Of a stretch of 64,000 nucleotides of DNA, positions 38,528 through 46,958 are shown piece by piece (the first letter of the stretch is position 1; each line of letters opens with the position of its first letter). The notes beneath the pieces are model-generated. The model saw only the letters and a program-made list of their open reading frames with translations. It was not told where the DNA came from and searched no databases. A program made the translations under genes and the position numbers. This DNA comes from Acidobacteriota bacterium (lineage in GTDB: Bacteria > Acidobacteriota > Terriglobia > Acidiferrales > UBA7541): assembly GCA_021788095.1 (NCBI GenBank), contig JAJYLB010000011.1:28593-92592 (forward strand), in the 5' to 3' direction.

Positions 38528-39465
38528 TTCTTGCCGCCCTGTGCTGGATTGGTGATCGCGATTTCCGCCCACGTCTTGGCGCCATCGGCGCCGATGTGCG
38601 GCGCGGCCCACGTCGGCCGATAGGTCAGCATCTCGGCGATCCTCTTCTCGATCCCGCTTCCCCTCCCATTGGGCTGGTCGCCCCAGCGCACGGAGTGGTA
38701 GGTGAAATACTTCGCGATGAAATGCGACATATGCGTCAGCGGGATGTAGGCCACGAGCAGCGCGCCCAGTACCAAACCGAATCCGAAGAGCGCCGGGACC
38801 CGCAACCCTGCGTCGAAAGTCAGCAGGCCTCGCGCGAGGGCGAACGCGCTGAAGGAACCCTTGCCGCGCCAAAGGTAGCCGGCGGCCAAAAACCCAGCTG
38901 CGACGATGAAGAACAATAGATTAAAGATGTCGGCGGGCGTCGTATAGGGCTTGAGATCAGCGTCCGTGAGCCTCTGGAGGAGCAAACCCGCCGCGCCCGC
39001 CAGCGTCAATCCGATCCCGGCCGGCCCGAGGATCACGCAGGCGCCGTGGAGAACGATGCCTGGCCCGGCAGCCCAAGATCGAGGTGCGACGATCCAGAGG
39101 AAGGCGCTCGAAAAGAGAAGCGCTGTCGCGCCAAACAGCAGGTAGAGACCGAGGTGAAAGGGATAGGAGCGATACCACGTCTTCTTCTTGAACTCCCAGA
39201 GCCCTTTCAGGAAGAGCATCTCCGCCAGCATGGCCTTCAGCTCGCCAGACCGGTTGAATTTGGCGGGTTGGGTCCACCAGTCCTTCATTTCAAAATACGA
39301 ACCGCCATGCGCTGCTCGCCCCTTCTCCTCGTGAGGCACGGGGTAGATTTCCCAGCGCAGGTGCAGCGGCAGCCGCGCATAGCCCGCGGCTCGAACGATG
39401 CTGGCCACGACAAAGACCGCCAAGCTGGCGTACAAGACGGCATAGATTGCGATCGTGCTCACCAT
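38524..39465 (-). CDS. DsrM/NarI-like membrane cytochrome b (second DsrM paralog)
   Basis: Polytopic, with N-terminus MVSTIAIYAVLYASLAVFVVASIVRAAGYARLPLHLRWEIYPVPHE and PFHLGLYLLF. It is paired with a DsrK-like gene. Confidence 0.75.
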   Translation of the reverse strand: MVSTIAIYAVLYASLAVFVVASIVRAAGYARLPLHLRWEIYPVPHEEKGRAAHGGSYFEMKDWWTQPAKFNRSGELKAMLAEMLFLKGLWEFKKKTWYRSYPFHLGLYLLFGATALLFSSAFLWIVAPRSWAAGPGIVLHGACVILGPAGIGLTLAGAAGLLLQRLTDADLKPYTTPADIFNLLFFIVAAGFLAAGYLWRGKGSFSAFALARGLLTFDAGLRVPALFGFGLVLGALLVAYIPLTHMSHFIAKYFTYHSVRWGDQPNGRGSGIEKRIAEMLTYRPTWAAPHIGADGAKTWAEIAITNPAQGGKK

Positions 39466-39508
39466 GGTTGGGCGTCTCCCTTGACCGCGTTGCGAGCCAC
39501 CGATGCCA

Positions 39509-40810
39509 TCACCGGCGATCCCTTCCGGAGGTCCCGTCTCCCGATGCCGGGAACTGTCCCGGGCTCGATAAAACGCCGGCCTGGCTCGCGTGCGCCGCCG
39601 ACCCGACAGGGCCGCGGGCGCCCCCGGGCTCGTAAGTAGGCGAATGTTCCGCTCCCTCCTCCGCGTTCACGGCGATGGCGATCTTGTAGAACACCGTGAT
39701 CATCAAGGCGCCCGCGGCCCAGACGCCAAGCGTGATGGTGACTTCGGGCAGGGTGGGAACGTAGCTCGTGACGGCGCCCAGGGGCGAGGGGGAGAAGCCG
39801 CACACCACCAGGCACACGCCCTTGTCCATCCAAAGCGAGGTAAACACCGCCGCACACGCGATCGTCAGCCATCTCTCGCTACGGCGCAGCCGAGGAACCA
39901 GTAGTGGCGCCAGCGCCGCGAACATCAGGAGCAGGGAGACTTGGCCGAAAACGCCGAGCAGGGTCGGCCCGCCTTGTCCGAGGTACATCAGCTTGAGGTG
40001 CTCGGTGAGCTCGGGGACGTGGCTGTAAAAGGCCGTGAAGAGTTCCATCATGAGGAGGAAAACGTTGGCGAGCATGGCGTAAGTCACGACCACCGCCAGG
40101 CCGTCGATCGCTTTCTTGCCGACGTCGTATCCCGTGAGTTTTCGCGCCAGCAGACACAGAAGGATCAGTAGGGCGGGCCCGGCGGCGAAGGCCGAAGCCA
40201 GGAAGCGAGGGGCGAGCACCGCCGTGCGCCAGAACATCCGCCCCGGCAAACCGCAGTACAAGAACGCGGTGACCGTATGAATGCTGATGGCCCAAGGAAT
40301 CGAGAGCCGAATCACGGGAGAGAGCCAGCCGGCGAGCGGCAGATTCTGCTGCTCCGCGTGCAGCGCGTTGACCGTGATGATCGCGTTCAGGAAGAGATAA
40401 CCGGAAAGCGAGACCATGTCCCAGAACATGATCGAGTGGAATTGCGGGTAGAGGATGACGTTCAACGCGCGCGTGGGACTTCCCATGTCGATCAGGATGA
40501 ACGCCAGGCACATCGTCACCGCGGCCACCGCCAGCGATTCCCCCAGAATGGTCATGCGGCCGAATTCCCTGCGGTTGTGCAGATAGTAGGGAATCACCAC
40601 CATCACCGCCGACGCCGCAATTCCCACCAGGAAGGTGAACTGGCCGATATACAGCCCCCAGGAAACGTTCCGGCTCATTCCCGTGATGCCCAGCCCGTAG
40701 CGGAGTTGGTGGAGATAGACGACGAAGGCAACCCCGATGAAGGCAACGAGGCCCGCGACCCAGAGCTGGTATCTCCGGCTGCCCTCGAGCGCCTTTTCGA
40801 ACAGGAACAT
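39509..40810 (-). CDS. dsrP: DsrP, NrfD-type membrane subunit of DsrMKJOP
   Basis: Ten-TM NrfD-like protein (GMSRNVSWGLYIGQFTFLVGIAASAV) directly after dsrO. Confidence 0.85.
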   Translation of the reverse strand: MFLFEKALEGSRRYQLWVAGLVAFIGVAFVVYLHQLRYGLGITGMSRNVSWGLYIGQFTFLVGIAASAVMVVIPYYLHNRREFGRMTILGESLAVAAVTMCLAFILIDMGSPTRALNVILYPQFHSIMFWDMVSLSGYLFLNAIITVNALHAEQQNLPLAGWLSPVIRLSIPWAISIHTVTAFLYCGLPGRMFWRTAVLAPRFLASAFAAGPALLILLCLLARKLTGYDVGKKAIDGLAVVVTYAMLANVFLLMMELFTAFYSHVPELTEHLKLMYLGQGGPTLLGVFGQVSLLLMFAALAPLLVPRLRRSERWLTIACAAVFTSLWMDKGVCLVVCGFSPSPLGAVTSYVPTLPEVTITLGVWAAGALMITVFYKIAIAVNAEEGAEHSPTYEPGGARGPVGSAAHASQAGVLSSPGQFPASGDGTSGRDRR

Positions 40811-40820
40811 CGTCCACGCC

Positions 40821-41597
40821 TCAGATCCGGTAATAGATGTTGGGTCCGGTGCCCAACTCGGGCTTTCTCCGCAAGACGTAGCTCTCGCTCAGCACCTCGC
40901 GCACCTCGGAATGGGGATCGTTCACGTCGCCGAAGAGCAGGGCTTTCTCGGGGCAGGCTTCGACGCAAGCCGGCAATTTCCCCGCGACCACACGCTCGGA
41001 ACAGAACGTGCACTTCTCCACCACGCCCAGGGTTCTTGTGGGGAAATCGGGGTTGGGATTCGCGAGGTACGCGCGCGGATCGACCCAATTGAAGCTGCGC
41101 GCTCCGTAGGGACACGCGGCCATGCAGTATCGGCAGCCGATGCAGCGGTGCCAATCCATCATCACGATCCCATCTTCCTCGCGCTTCCAGGTGGCGCCGG
41201 TGGGACACACACGCACGCAAGGCGGCTGGTCGCAGTGGTTGCACAAGACGGGAATTTGCTCGTCGCGGCGCGCGGCGTCCAGGTACTGGACGTCGCTTTC
41301 GTCGAACACAACGTCGGCCGGCTCGTTCCAGATCCACTGGATTTCGTGGGCCTTGTCGGGGATGGCGGGGATGTTGTGCGCCGCGTCGCACGCCTCGATG
41401 CAGCGGGTGCAACCCGGCTCCTTGGCGCACTTCGCCGTATCCACGATCATCGCCCACTGCTTGCGCGGCCGCGGCTTCGCGCCGCCCGGGAAGGTAGCCC
41501 CGGCGGCGCGGTCGAGAGCGGCAAGTTCCCGGCCGCCGAACACCAGAACGAGCCCCGCGCCGGAGAGCTTCAGGAACTCCTTCCTCGTGATCTTCAT
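40821..41597 (-). CDS. dsrO: DsrO, periplasmic 4Fe-4S ferredoxin-like subunit
   Basis: From the ATG at 41597, a Tat-like leader MKITRKEFLKLSGAGLVLV. Cluster motifs CNHCDQPPCVRVCP, CIGCRYCMAACP and CTFC...CVEACP. Confidence 0.85.
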   Translation of the reverse strand: MKITRKEFLKLSGAGLVLVFGGRELAALDRAAGATFPGGAKPRPRKQWAMIVDTAKCAKEPGCTRCIEACDAAHNIPAIPDKAHEIQWIWNEPADVVFDESDVQYLDAARRDEQIPVLCNHCDQPPCVRVCPTGATWKREEDGIVMMDWHRCIGCRYCMAACPYGARSFNWVDPRAYLANPNPDFPTRTLGVVEKCTFCSERVVAGKLPACVEACPEKALLFGDVNDPHSEVREVLSESYVLRRKPELGTGPNIYYRI

Positions 41598-42013
41598 CGC
41601 GCGGCCCCTTTCCCGAGTGCGGGGTCCACGTGGCAATTCCAGCAGTAGGGCGTTCGCGCGCCGACGTAATCGTGGCAGCGATCGCAGAATTCGCGCTTGT
41701 CGTGGCAAGAGAGGCAGGTCTTCGTCAGGCTCTTCGGGTAGGTCTTGCCGTCGTACGCAACGTAGGTCGGGTTGTTTTCGCGCACCGCGCTTTGGCGCCA
41801 GTCCAGTAACAGTTGCATGTGGGAACCGCGCATGAAATCGAGTGGAGCCACGCACTGCTTCGCGTGGGCCGGCAGCACGAGCGCCGGAGGCCGCGTATTG
41901 GCGTGAGTTTCCCAATCGCGCCAGGTGGGAAGGGTCGCCACGCCGACGAACAGAAGCAATCCGCCGAGGATCCAGAACTTGTCACGCATGAATCGCCTCG
42001 GCTCCCTGGCCAA
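41594..42013 (-). CDS. dsrJ: DsrJ, trihaem cytochrome c subunit
   Basis: N-terminal membrane anchor and three haem motifs CLSCH, CDRCH and CWNCH. The more likely start is the ATG at 41989 (MRDKFWIL). Confidence 0.85.
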   Translation of the reverse strand: MAREPRRFMRDKFWILGGLLLFVGVATLPTWRDWETHANTRPPALVLPAHAKQCVAPLDFMRGSHMQLLLDWRQSAVRENNPTYVAYDGKTYPKSLTKTCLSCHDKREFCDRCHDYVGARTPYCWNCHVDPALGKGAAR

Positions 42014-43601
42014 GCGGCTGCCCGCGGAGGTCCGTCGTCCTCTCCTTCTCCCCTTTCATCACCAGCGCGTTGCCCACCAGCTCGTGCACCCCGCCCACTT
42101 CGACTCCGGGCGCCCAGTACGCGAGCGCGGTGGGAAGCGTGGCCTTGTCGATCGCGCAGATGCAGGTGAGCAGATTCACCCCGTACTTGTCGCGCACGTA
42201 CTTCACCGCGTTCGCGCGCGGCAATCCGCCGCGCAGACGCATCTCGATGTTTTCATCCGAGCCCAGGCCGGCCCCGCTGCCGCAGCAGAACGTCTGCTCG
42301 CGAATCGTGTTTTCGGGCATCTCGTGGAAGCGGTTCGCCACCCTTCGCAGGATGTAGCGCGGCTCTTCGAGCAAGCCCATGGCGCGCGCCGGATTGCAGG
42401 AGTCGTGGTAAGTCACCGTCCAGTGGTCGTTGCGGCGGGAATCGAGTTTCAGCTTATGGGCGTGGATCAGGTCGGCGGTGAATTCGCAGATGTGCACCAT
42501 CTTCGTCGAGCGCGCGTTCTCGAATCGGGTTCCCGTAACCGGGGAAACCGGCTCTTCCAGGAAATCCGCCGGGCCGTTGAGCGTGTCCATGTATTGATGG
42601 ATCACGCGCCACATGTGCCCGCACTCCCCGCCCAGAACCCACTTCACGCCCAGCCGCTTCGCTTCCGCGTAGATCTTGGCGTTCAGCCGCTTCATCATTT
42701 CGTGCGAGCTGAACAGGCCGAAATTCCCGCCTTCGGAAGCGTAGGCGCTGAAGGTGTAATCGAGCCCGATCTCGTGGAAGAGCGCCAGGTACCCCAGCAG
42801 CGTGTAGTAGTGCGGCGTGGCGAAGTAATCGGCGGAAGGAACCACGAAGAGAATCTCGGCGCCCTTGCGGTTGATGGGCGCCTCCACCCGGACCCCGGTC
42901 AGGTCCTCCAGATCGTCCACCGCGAAGTCGATGCTGTCTTTGAATCCGTGGGGCTGAATGCCCAGGTGGTTCCCGGTCCGGTAGCAGTTCGCGGCGGGCT
43001 CCAGCACCCAGTTGGTGTTCACGCCCACCAGGTTCAACAGCTCGCGCACCATCATCGTGATCTCGGCGGTATCGATTCCGAAGGGGCAAAAGACGGAGCA
43101 GCGCCGGCATTCCGTGCATTGGTAGAAGTAGTAGAACCACTCCTTGAGGACGTCTTCGGTCAGGTCCCGGGCTCCCGCCAGGCTTCGAAAGACCTTCCCC
43201 GCCGTCGTGAAATAGCGGCGGTAGACTGAGCGGATGAGTTCGGCCCGCAGGACCGGCATGTTCTTCGGATCGGCCGAGCCAAGATAGAAATGGCACTTGT
43301 CCGCGCACGCCCCGCAGCGTACGCAGATGTCCATGAACAGGCGGAAGGAGCGGAATCGTTCCAGCCGCTCCTTCATCCCCGCGAGGATGATCTCCTTCCA
43401 ATTCGGCGGCAGCTTCCAATCCTGGTCGGTCGGCTGCCAATCGCGGGGATTGGGCAGCTCCAGATAACGCACGCTCTTCGCCCCTGCGGCGTGGCAGAAA
43501 GTTCCCTTGCGGAATTCCACCGGGCTCCCGCGCCAGTCCCCCGGCGGCGGATCGTAGCTGATCCGAACCAGTTCCTCGGGTCGTGTCGCGGTCTCAGGCA
43601 C
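41982..43601 (-). CDS. dsrK: DsrK, catalytic CCG-domain subunit of DsrMKJOP
   Basis: Motifs CVRCGACADKCH, CTECRRCSVFCP, HDSCNPAR and TFCCGSGAG, in the canonical position after dsrM. Confidence 0.9.
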   Translation of the reverse strand: MPETATRPEELVRISYDPPPGDWRGSPVEFRKGTFCHAAGAKSVRYLELPNPRDWQPTDQDWKLPPNWKEIILAGMKERLERFRSFRLFMDICVRCGACADKCHFYLGSADPKNMPVLRAELIRSVYRRYFTTAGKVFRSLAGARDLTEDVLKEWFYYFYQCTECRRCSVFCPFGIDTAEITMMVRELLNLVGVNTNWVLEPAANCYRTGNHLGIQPHGFKDSIDFAVDDLEDLTGVRVEAPINRKGAEILFVVPSADYFATPHYYTLLGYLALFHEIGLDYTFSAYASEGGNFGLFSSHEMMKRLNAKIYAEAKRLGVKWVLGGECGHMWRVIHQYMDTLNGPADFLEEPVSPVTGTRFENARSTKMVHICEFTADLIHAHKLKLDSRRNDHWTVTYHDSCNPARAMGLLEEPRYILRRVANRFHEMPENTIREQTFCCGSGAGLGSDENIEMRLRGGLPRANAVKYVRDKYGVNLLTCICAIDKATLPTALAYWAPGVEVGGVHELVGNALVMKGEKERTTDLRGQPLGQGAEAIHA

Positions 43602-44601
43602 GGGTCCGCTCCTTCTCCAGAGGAAGACCCGCGCTCGCGATCTTGTCGTGAAATTCCTCTTCCCACTCCTGGTAGGTGTGCACTTTGACGGGATAGTCCC
43701 AGGGATTCACATGCCGCCGGGCGCGGCTGTCGTTGGCCAGGTTGCGCGTGGGACTGAGGAAGATCCCGCCCATGTGCATCAGCTTGCTGAATGGGAAGTA
43801 GGCGAGCAGAAGGCTCGCGAAAGTCAGATGAACGAAAAACAGCGGCCCCACGCTCGCGGGGACCAACGGGGAAAACGTGACCAGTCCCAGAGCGAGTTGC
43901 TTGATGCCCTCGAGATCCACTTTCGTGAAGTACCGCATCAGGATTCCGGTGATCGCGATTCCCAGGAGCAGAAAAAGGGCGAAAAAGTCGCCGGGGAGCG
44001 ACAGGTAGCGAACGCGCCCGTTCGCAAACCGCCGCGCGAGAAGGTAGAGAAGCGCGGCGACGATGACGGCGTCGGTCACGAACAACTGAGGAGCGCCGAT
44101 CTGCAGGAAGCCGTCCACGGCGTCCAGAGCCGGCAGGAAAGCGGGCACGGGGCTGAGGAAGTAGCGGAGATGGCGAACCAAAACGACGAGCAGCGACCAG
44201 TGGAAGGCCAGGGCCCCCAGCCACAGCCACTTGTTCTCGGCGTAGAGCAGCCTCGGTCCCTCTTCTTCGAGCCGCGCCTGGCTGTTTCGGAAAAGCGACC
44301 GGAACAGGAGGATCTCCAAAGCCATGCGCGCCGCAACACCCGCCTTGTGATTCGGGTTCTCGATGGGGTTCGATCGAATCCACCCGAGGCTCTTTTGCTG
44401 TCCGCAAGTGGTGGGAATGTGGAAAGGCAGCGCGGACCAGGCCCAACGCACTACGCGGAAACTGAATCCGATGAGGAAAATTCCCATGGCGGCGTAGGGC
44501 AGGACGACGCCCAGCAGCGCGCGCGTTCCCGGCAGCAGCCCGCCCGCGTAGGCGAGGCCGGCAACCCCGAGAATCGCGGCCAGTGGAACGAGCGCTTTCA
44601 T
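43594..44601 (-). CDS. dsrM: DsrM, membrane dihaem cytochrome b
   Basis: NarI-like polytopic protein (LPFHIPTTCGQQKS, LAFHWSLLVVLVRHLRYF, FSKLMHMGGIF), the first gene of the dsrMKJOP block. Confidence 0.9.
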   Translation of the reverse strand: MKALVPLAAILGVAGLAYAGGLLPGTRALLGVVLPYAAMGIFLIGFSFRVVRWAWSALPFHIPTTCGQQKSLGWIRSNPIENPNHKAGVAARMALEILLFRSLFRNSQARLEEEGPRLLYAENKWLWLGALAFHWSLLVVLVRHLRYFLSPVPAFLPALDAVDGFLQIGAPQLFVTDAVIVAALLYLLARRFANGRVRYLSLPGDFFALFLLLGIAITGILMRYFTKVDLEGIKQLALGLVTFSPLVPASVGPLFFVHLTFASLLLAYFPFSKLMHMGGIFLSPTRNLANDSRARRHVNPWDYPVKVHTYQEWEEEFHDKIASAGLPLEKERTRA

Positions 44602-44614
44602 GAACCCTTCACCC

Positions 44615-45091
44615 TTACCCCTCCCGGGAATACATCCTCTCCAGTTGCGCGACCCGTCGCCGGGCCTCGTCCGCTTGGATCTGGTAGATCTGCTCGCGAA
44701 AGCGCATGAAGAGATCGAAGGCGGCCAGCGCCAGCTCGTCCACGCGTTCCTCCCACCGGGCGAGCGTCTCCCAGTCCGCCGCGGACTCCTCCCGCAAGAT
44801 GGTCTTCAACCCGAAGAGGAAACCCACCGCTTCCCTCGCGGAGAACCGCTGCACGGCGCGCAGTCGCATCAGGTCTTCCAAGGCGGCGCCCACCTTCCCC
44901 GCATCCATCTCCCCGAAAAGCTCCTCCACGAGTTCGGGAATGCGCTTGCGAAGCGCCTGGCCCGCGGGATTCCGGAACGGATCCCTCTGATCCACCAGGA
45001 ACCGCCGCGACGGGACCGGATACGTCTGGACCGCCAGGGCGAGCCATCGCTCCGCCATCGCGTGCTTCCGCGCGGGGGAAATGCCGGCCAT
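44615..45091 (-). CDS. dsrT: DsrT-like protein (RsbRD N-terminal-domain family)
   Basis: The ATG at 45091 is preceded by AGGAGGAGCC. DPFRNPAGQALRKRIPELVEELF and LMRLRAVQRFSAREAVGFLFGLKTILREE resemble the RsbRD_N domain. The position between dsrC and dsrM fits DsrT. Confidence 0.6.
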   Translation of the reverse strand: MAGISPARKHAMAERWLALAVQTYPVPSRRFLVDQRDPFRNPAGQALRKRIPELVEELFGEMDAGKVGAALEDLMRLRAVQRFSAREAVGFLFGLKTILREESAADWETLARWEERVDELALAAFDLFMRFREQIYQIQADEARRRVAQLERMYSREG

Positions 45092-45099
45092 GGCTCCTC

Positions 45100-45417
45100 C
45101 TAAACGCAGCCGGTCGGCTTGGGCAGGCCGGCCAGCTTGCAGGCGCCTTTCGCCGGTCCCGAGGGAAACAGGTTGTAGATCTCCTTCAGGGAGAACCCGG
45201 TCTGCTTGCACACCTTGCGAACCATGGGCGCGATGCCGAACTGCAGGTAGTAATCGCGGATGTAGCGAATCACTTTCCAATGATCTTGGGATAGGTCGCC
45301 GATCCCTTCGGTGGCCATGAAGTCTTTGGCCACTTCTTCGTTCCACAAACTGGGGTCTTGCAAGAACCCGTCCTCGTCGACTTCGTAGACCCGGCCGTGG
45401 GATGTATAGTTAGGCAT
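45100..45417 (-). CDS. dsrC: DsrC, sulfur-carrier substrate protein of DsrAB/DsrK
   Basis: 105 aa. The C-terminal arm GACKLAGLPKPTGCV carries both conserved cysteines. Confidence 0.95.
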   Translation of the reverse strand: MPNYTSHGRVYEVDEDGFLQDPSLWNEEVAKDFMATEGIGDLSQDHWKVIRYIRDYYLQFGIAPMVRKVCKQTGFSLKEIYNLFPSGPAKGACKLAGLPKPTGCV

Positions 45418-45432
45418 TCTGGCTCCTTCCTC

Positions 45433-46641
45433 TTACGTCATGTCGATGTACCGGCAAGGGCACTCCTCGGCGCATTTCTGACACCCGTTGCATAGTTCGA
45501 GTTTGATTTGGAAGTGTTGGCCCTTCGGAAGCCGGGCGAAGCAGTTGTTGGTGCAATACATCCAGCACACTTCGCAATCCATGCACATCCCGCAGGACAT
45601 GCAGCGCGCCGCTTCGGCGACGACTTCCGCTTCGCTCAGCTCGGGCGCGCTGCTGTCGCAGCGCGCTGCCGGCTTGTAGTAGTCCAGCTTCAGCTTGTCG
45701 GCCTTGATGACCGGCGGGCGAAGGTCTGGGCGGGCGGGCCGCCGTTCCAGGAAAGCGGCGATGGCTTCGGCGACCGCGCGTCCCTGCGCGATGGCGATGC
45801 TGACCGTGTTCAACACGCGCGGCTGAATGCCCGTGGGCTCCTCGTTGGGGATCGTGGGCGGTTCGGCAGCAAGCGCGCCTGCGAGACACGCCTCCCCATC
45901 CCGCCCCGGGCGAAGTTCGAGTTGCGCCGCCTTCTGGAAGCCCATCGCGAAGAATACGGCGCGATAGTCGCGTTGCAATTGCTCGAGGGGGATGTCGCGG
46001 CCGACCACGCAGCGCGTCTTCAGTTCCACTCCTAGCTGAAGGATATTCGCGATTTCCGCATCCAGAACGGTTGCGGGAAGGGTACTGCGCGGAATCTGGT
46101 AGCGCATCATGCCCCCGGGCCGCGGCGCCGCTTCCAGCACCGTGACCGCATAACCCAGGAGCGTCAGGTGATACGCCGCCGCGAGCCCGGCCGGGCCCGA
46201 GCCTACGATGGCGATCTTCGATGCGTTGGCGCTTGGGCCGGCCTTTCGCTCCGCCCGCCAGCCCTGCGCAATCGCGTAGTCGCCGACGAACCGTTCCAGG
46301 CGGTTGATCGCCACCGGGCCTTCTTTCGCCTTGCGATTGCAATTCAGCTCGCACGGATGCTGGCACACCCGCCCGCAGATCGCCGGAAACGGATTGCGCT
46401 CGAGAATCGTGCGCCACGCGAATTCGAACGCCTGCGCGGGCGTGCGGCCATATTCCTTGTGCTGGGCGATGGCCACCAGCCAGGCGCGGACGTCGGTTCC
46501 CGTCGTGCAGCTATGAAGGCAGGGCGCGGTCTTCGGCGCGTAGCGGGGGCGCAGCGCGCTGATCTCGGCGCCCGGCGTCACCGCCGCCTTCACCGTCGGT
46601 TTCTTCACCGCCTTGAAAATCGTCATCGCATCGCTCCGCAC
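45433..46641 (-). CDS. shortened DsrL/GltD-like iron-sulfur flavoprotein lacking the NAD(P)H-binding domain
   Basis: GltD-type N-terminal Cys motifs (CLHSC, PFPAICGRVCQHPCELNC), the FAD GxGxxG motif (KIAIVGSGPAGLAAA) and the DsrL-type C-terminal ferredoxin domain (CMSCGMCMDCEVC, CNGCQKCAEECPC). Only ~25 aa lie between ...AVFFAMGFQKAAQLELRPG and ...TVSIAIAQGRAVAEAI, where a second Rossmann domain normally sits. GTG start at 46641, or ATG at 46626. Confidence 0.65.
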   Translation of the reverse strand: MRSDAMTIFKAVKKPTVKAAVTPGAEISALRPRYAPKTAPCLHSCTTGTDVRAWLVAIAQHKEYGRTPAQAFEFAWRTILERNPFPAICGRVCQHPCELNCNRKAKEGPVAINRLERFVGDYAIAQGWRAERKAGPSANASKIAIVGSGPAGLAAAYHLTLLGYAVTVLEAAPRPGGMMRYQIPRSTLPATVLDAEIANILQLGVELKTRCVVGRDIPLEQLQRDYRAVFFAMGFQKAAQLELRPGRDGEACLAGALAAEPPTIPNEEPTGIQPRVLNTVSIAIAQGRAVAEAIAAFLERRPARPDLRPPVIKADKLKLDYYKPAARCDSSAPELSEAEVVAEAARCMSCGMCMDCEVCWMYCTNNCFARLPKGQHFQIKLELCNGCQKCAEECPCRYIDMT

Positions 46642-46700
46642 CGCTCCTGCCGGGTCGGTCCTCGCCCGCGGTCACCGGCTACGAAGAGTGGCCGGCACGC

Positions 46701-46949
46701 CTACTCCGGGGCCGCGCCCTCCTTGTGAGGAAGGGTGATGTAACTGCCGCCGAAGTAGCTGTAGACGCAGCGTCCCGAGTCGATCAGCAAACGGATGGCG
46801 TGCTTGCAGTCTTCCTTCGTGCACTCCGCCTCCCCGAACTTGGCGATCATCGCCTTGGTCAGATCGGTGGCCTTCAGGTTCTTCTTCCCCATGTATTCCG
46901 CCACCATCTGGTACATCGCTTCCGCGATCGTTTCTGTTGCGGCGGGCAT
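46701..46949 (-). CDS. dsrD: DsrD-like small winged-helix protein
   Basis: 82 aa immediately after dsrB. AIRLLIDSGRCVYSYFGGSYITL resembles the DsrD C-terminal motif (VLEYWSSGSTTMYGL in Desulfovibrio). Confidence 0.65.
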   Translation of the reverse strand: MPAATETIAEAMYQMVAEYMGKKNLKATDLTKAMIAKFGEAECTKEDCKHAIRLLIDSGRCVYSYFGGSYITLPHKEGAAPE

Positions 46950-46958
46950 AACAGCCTC

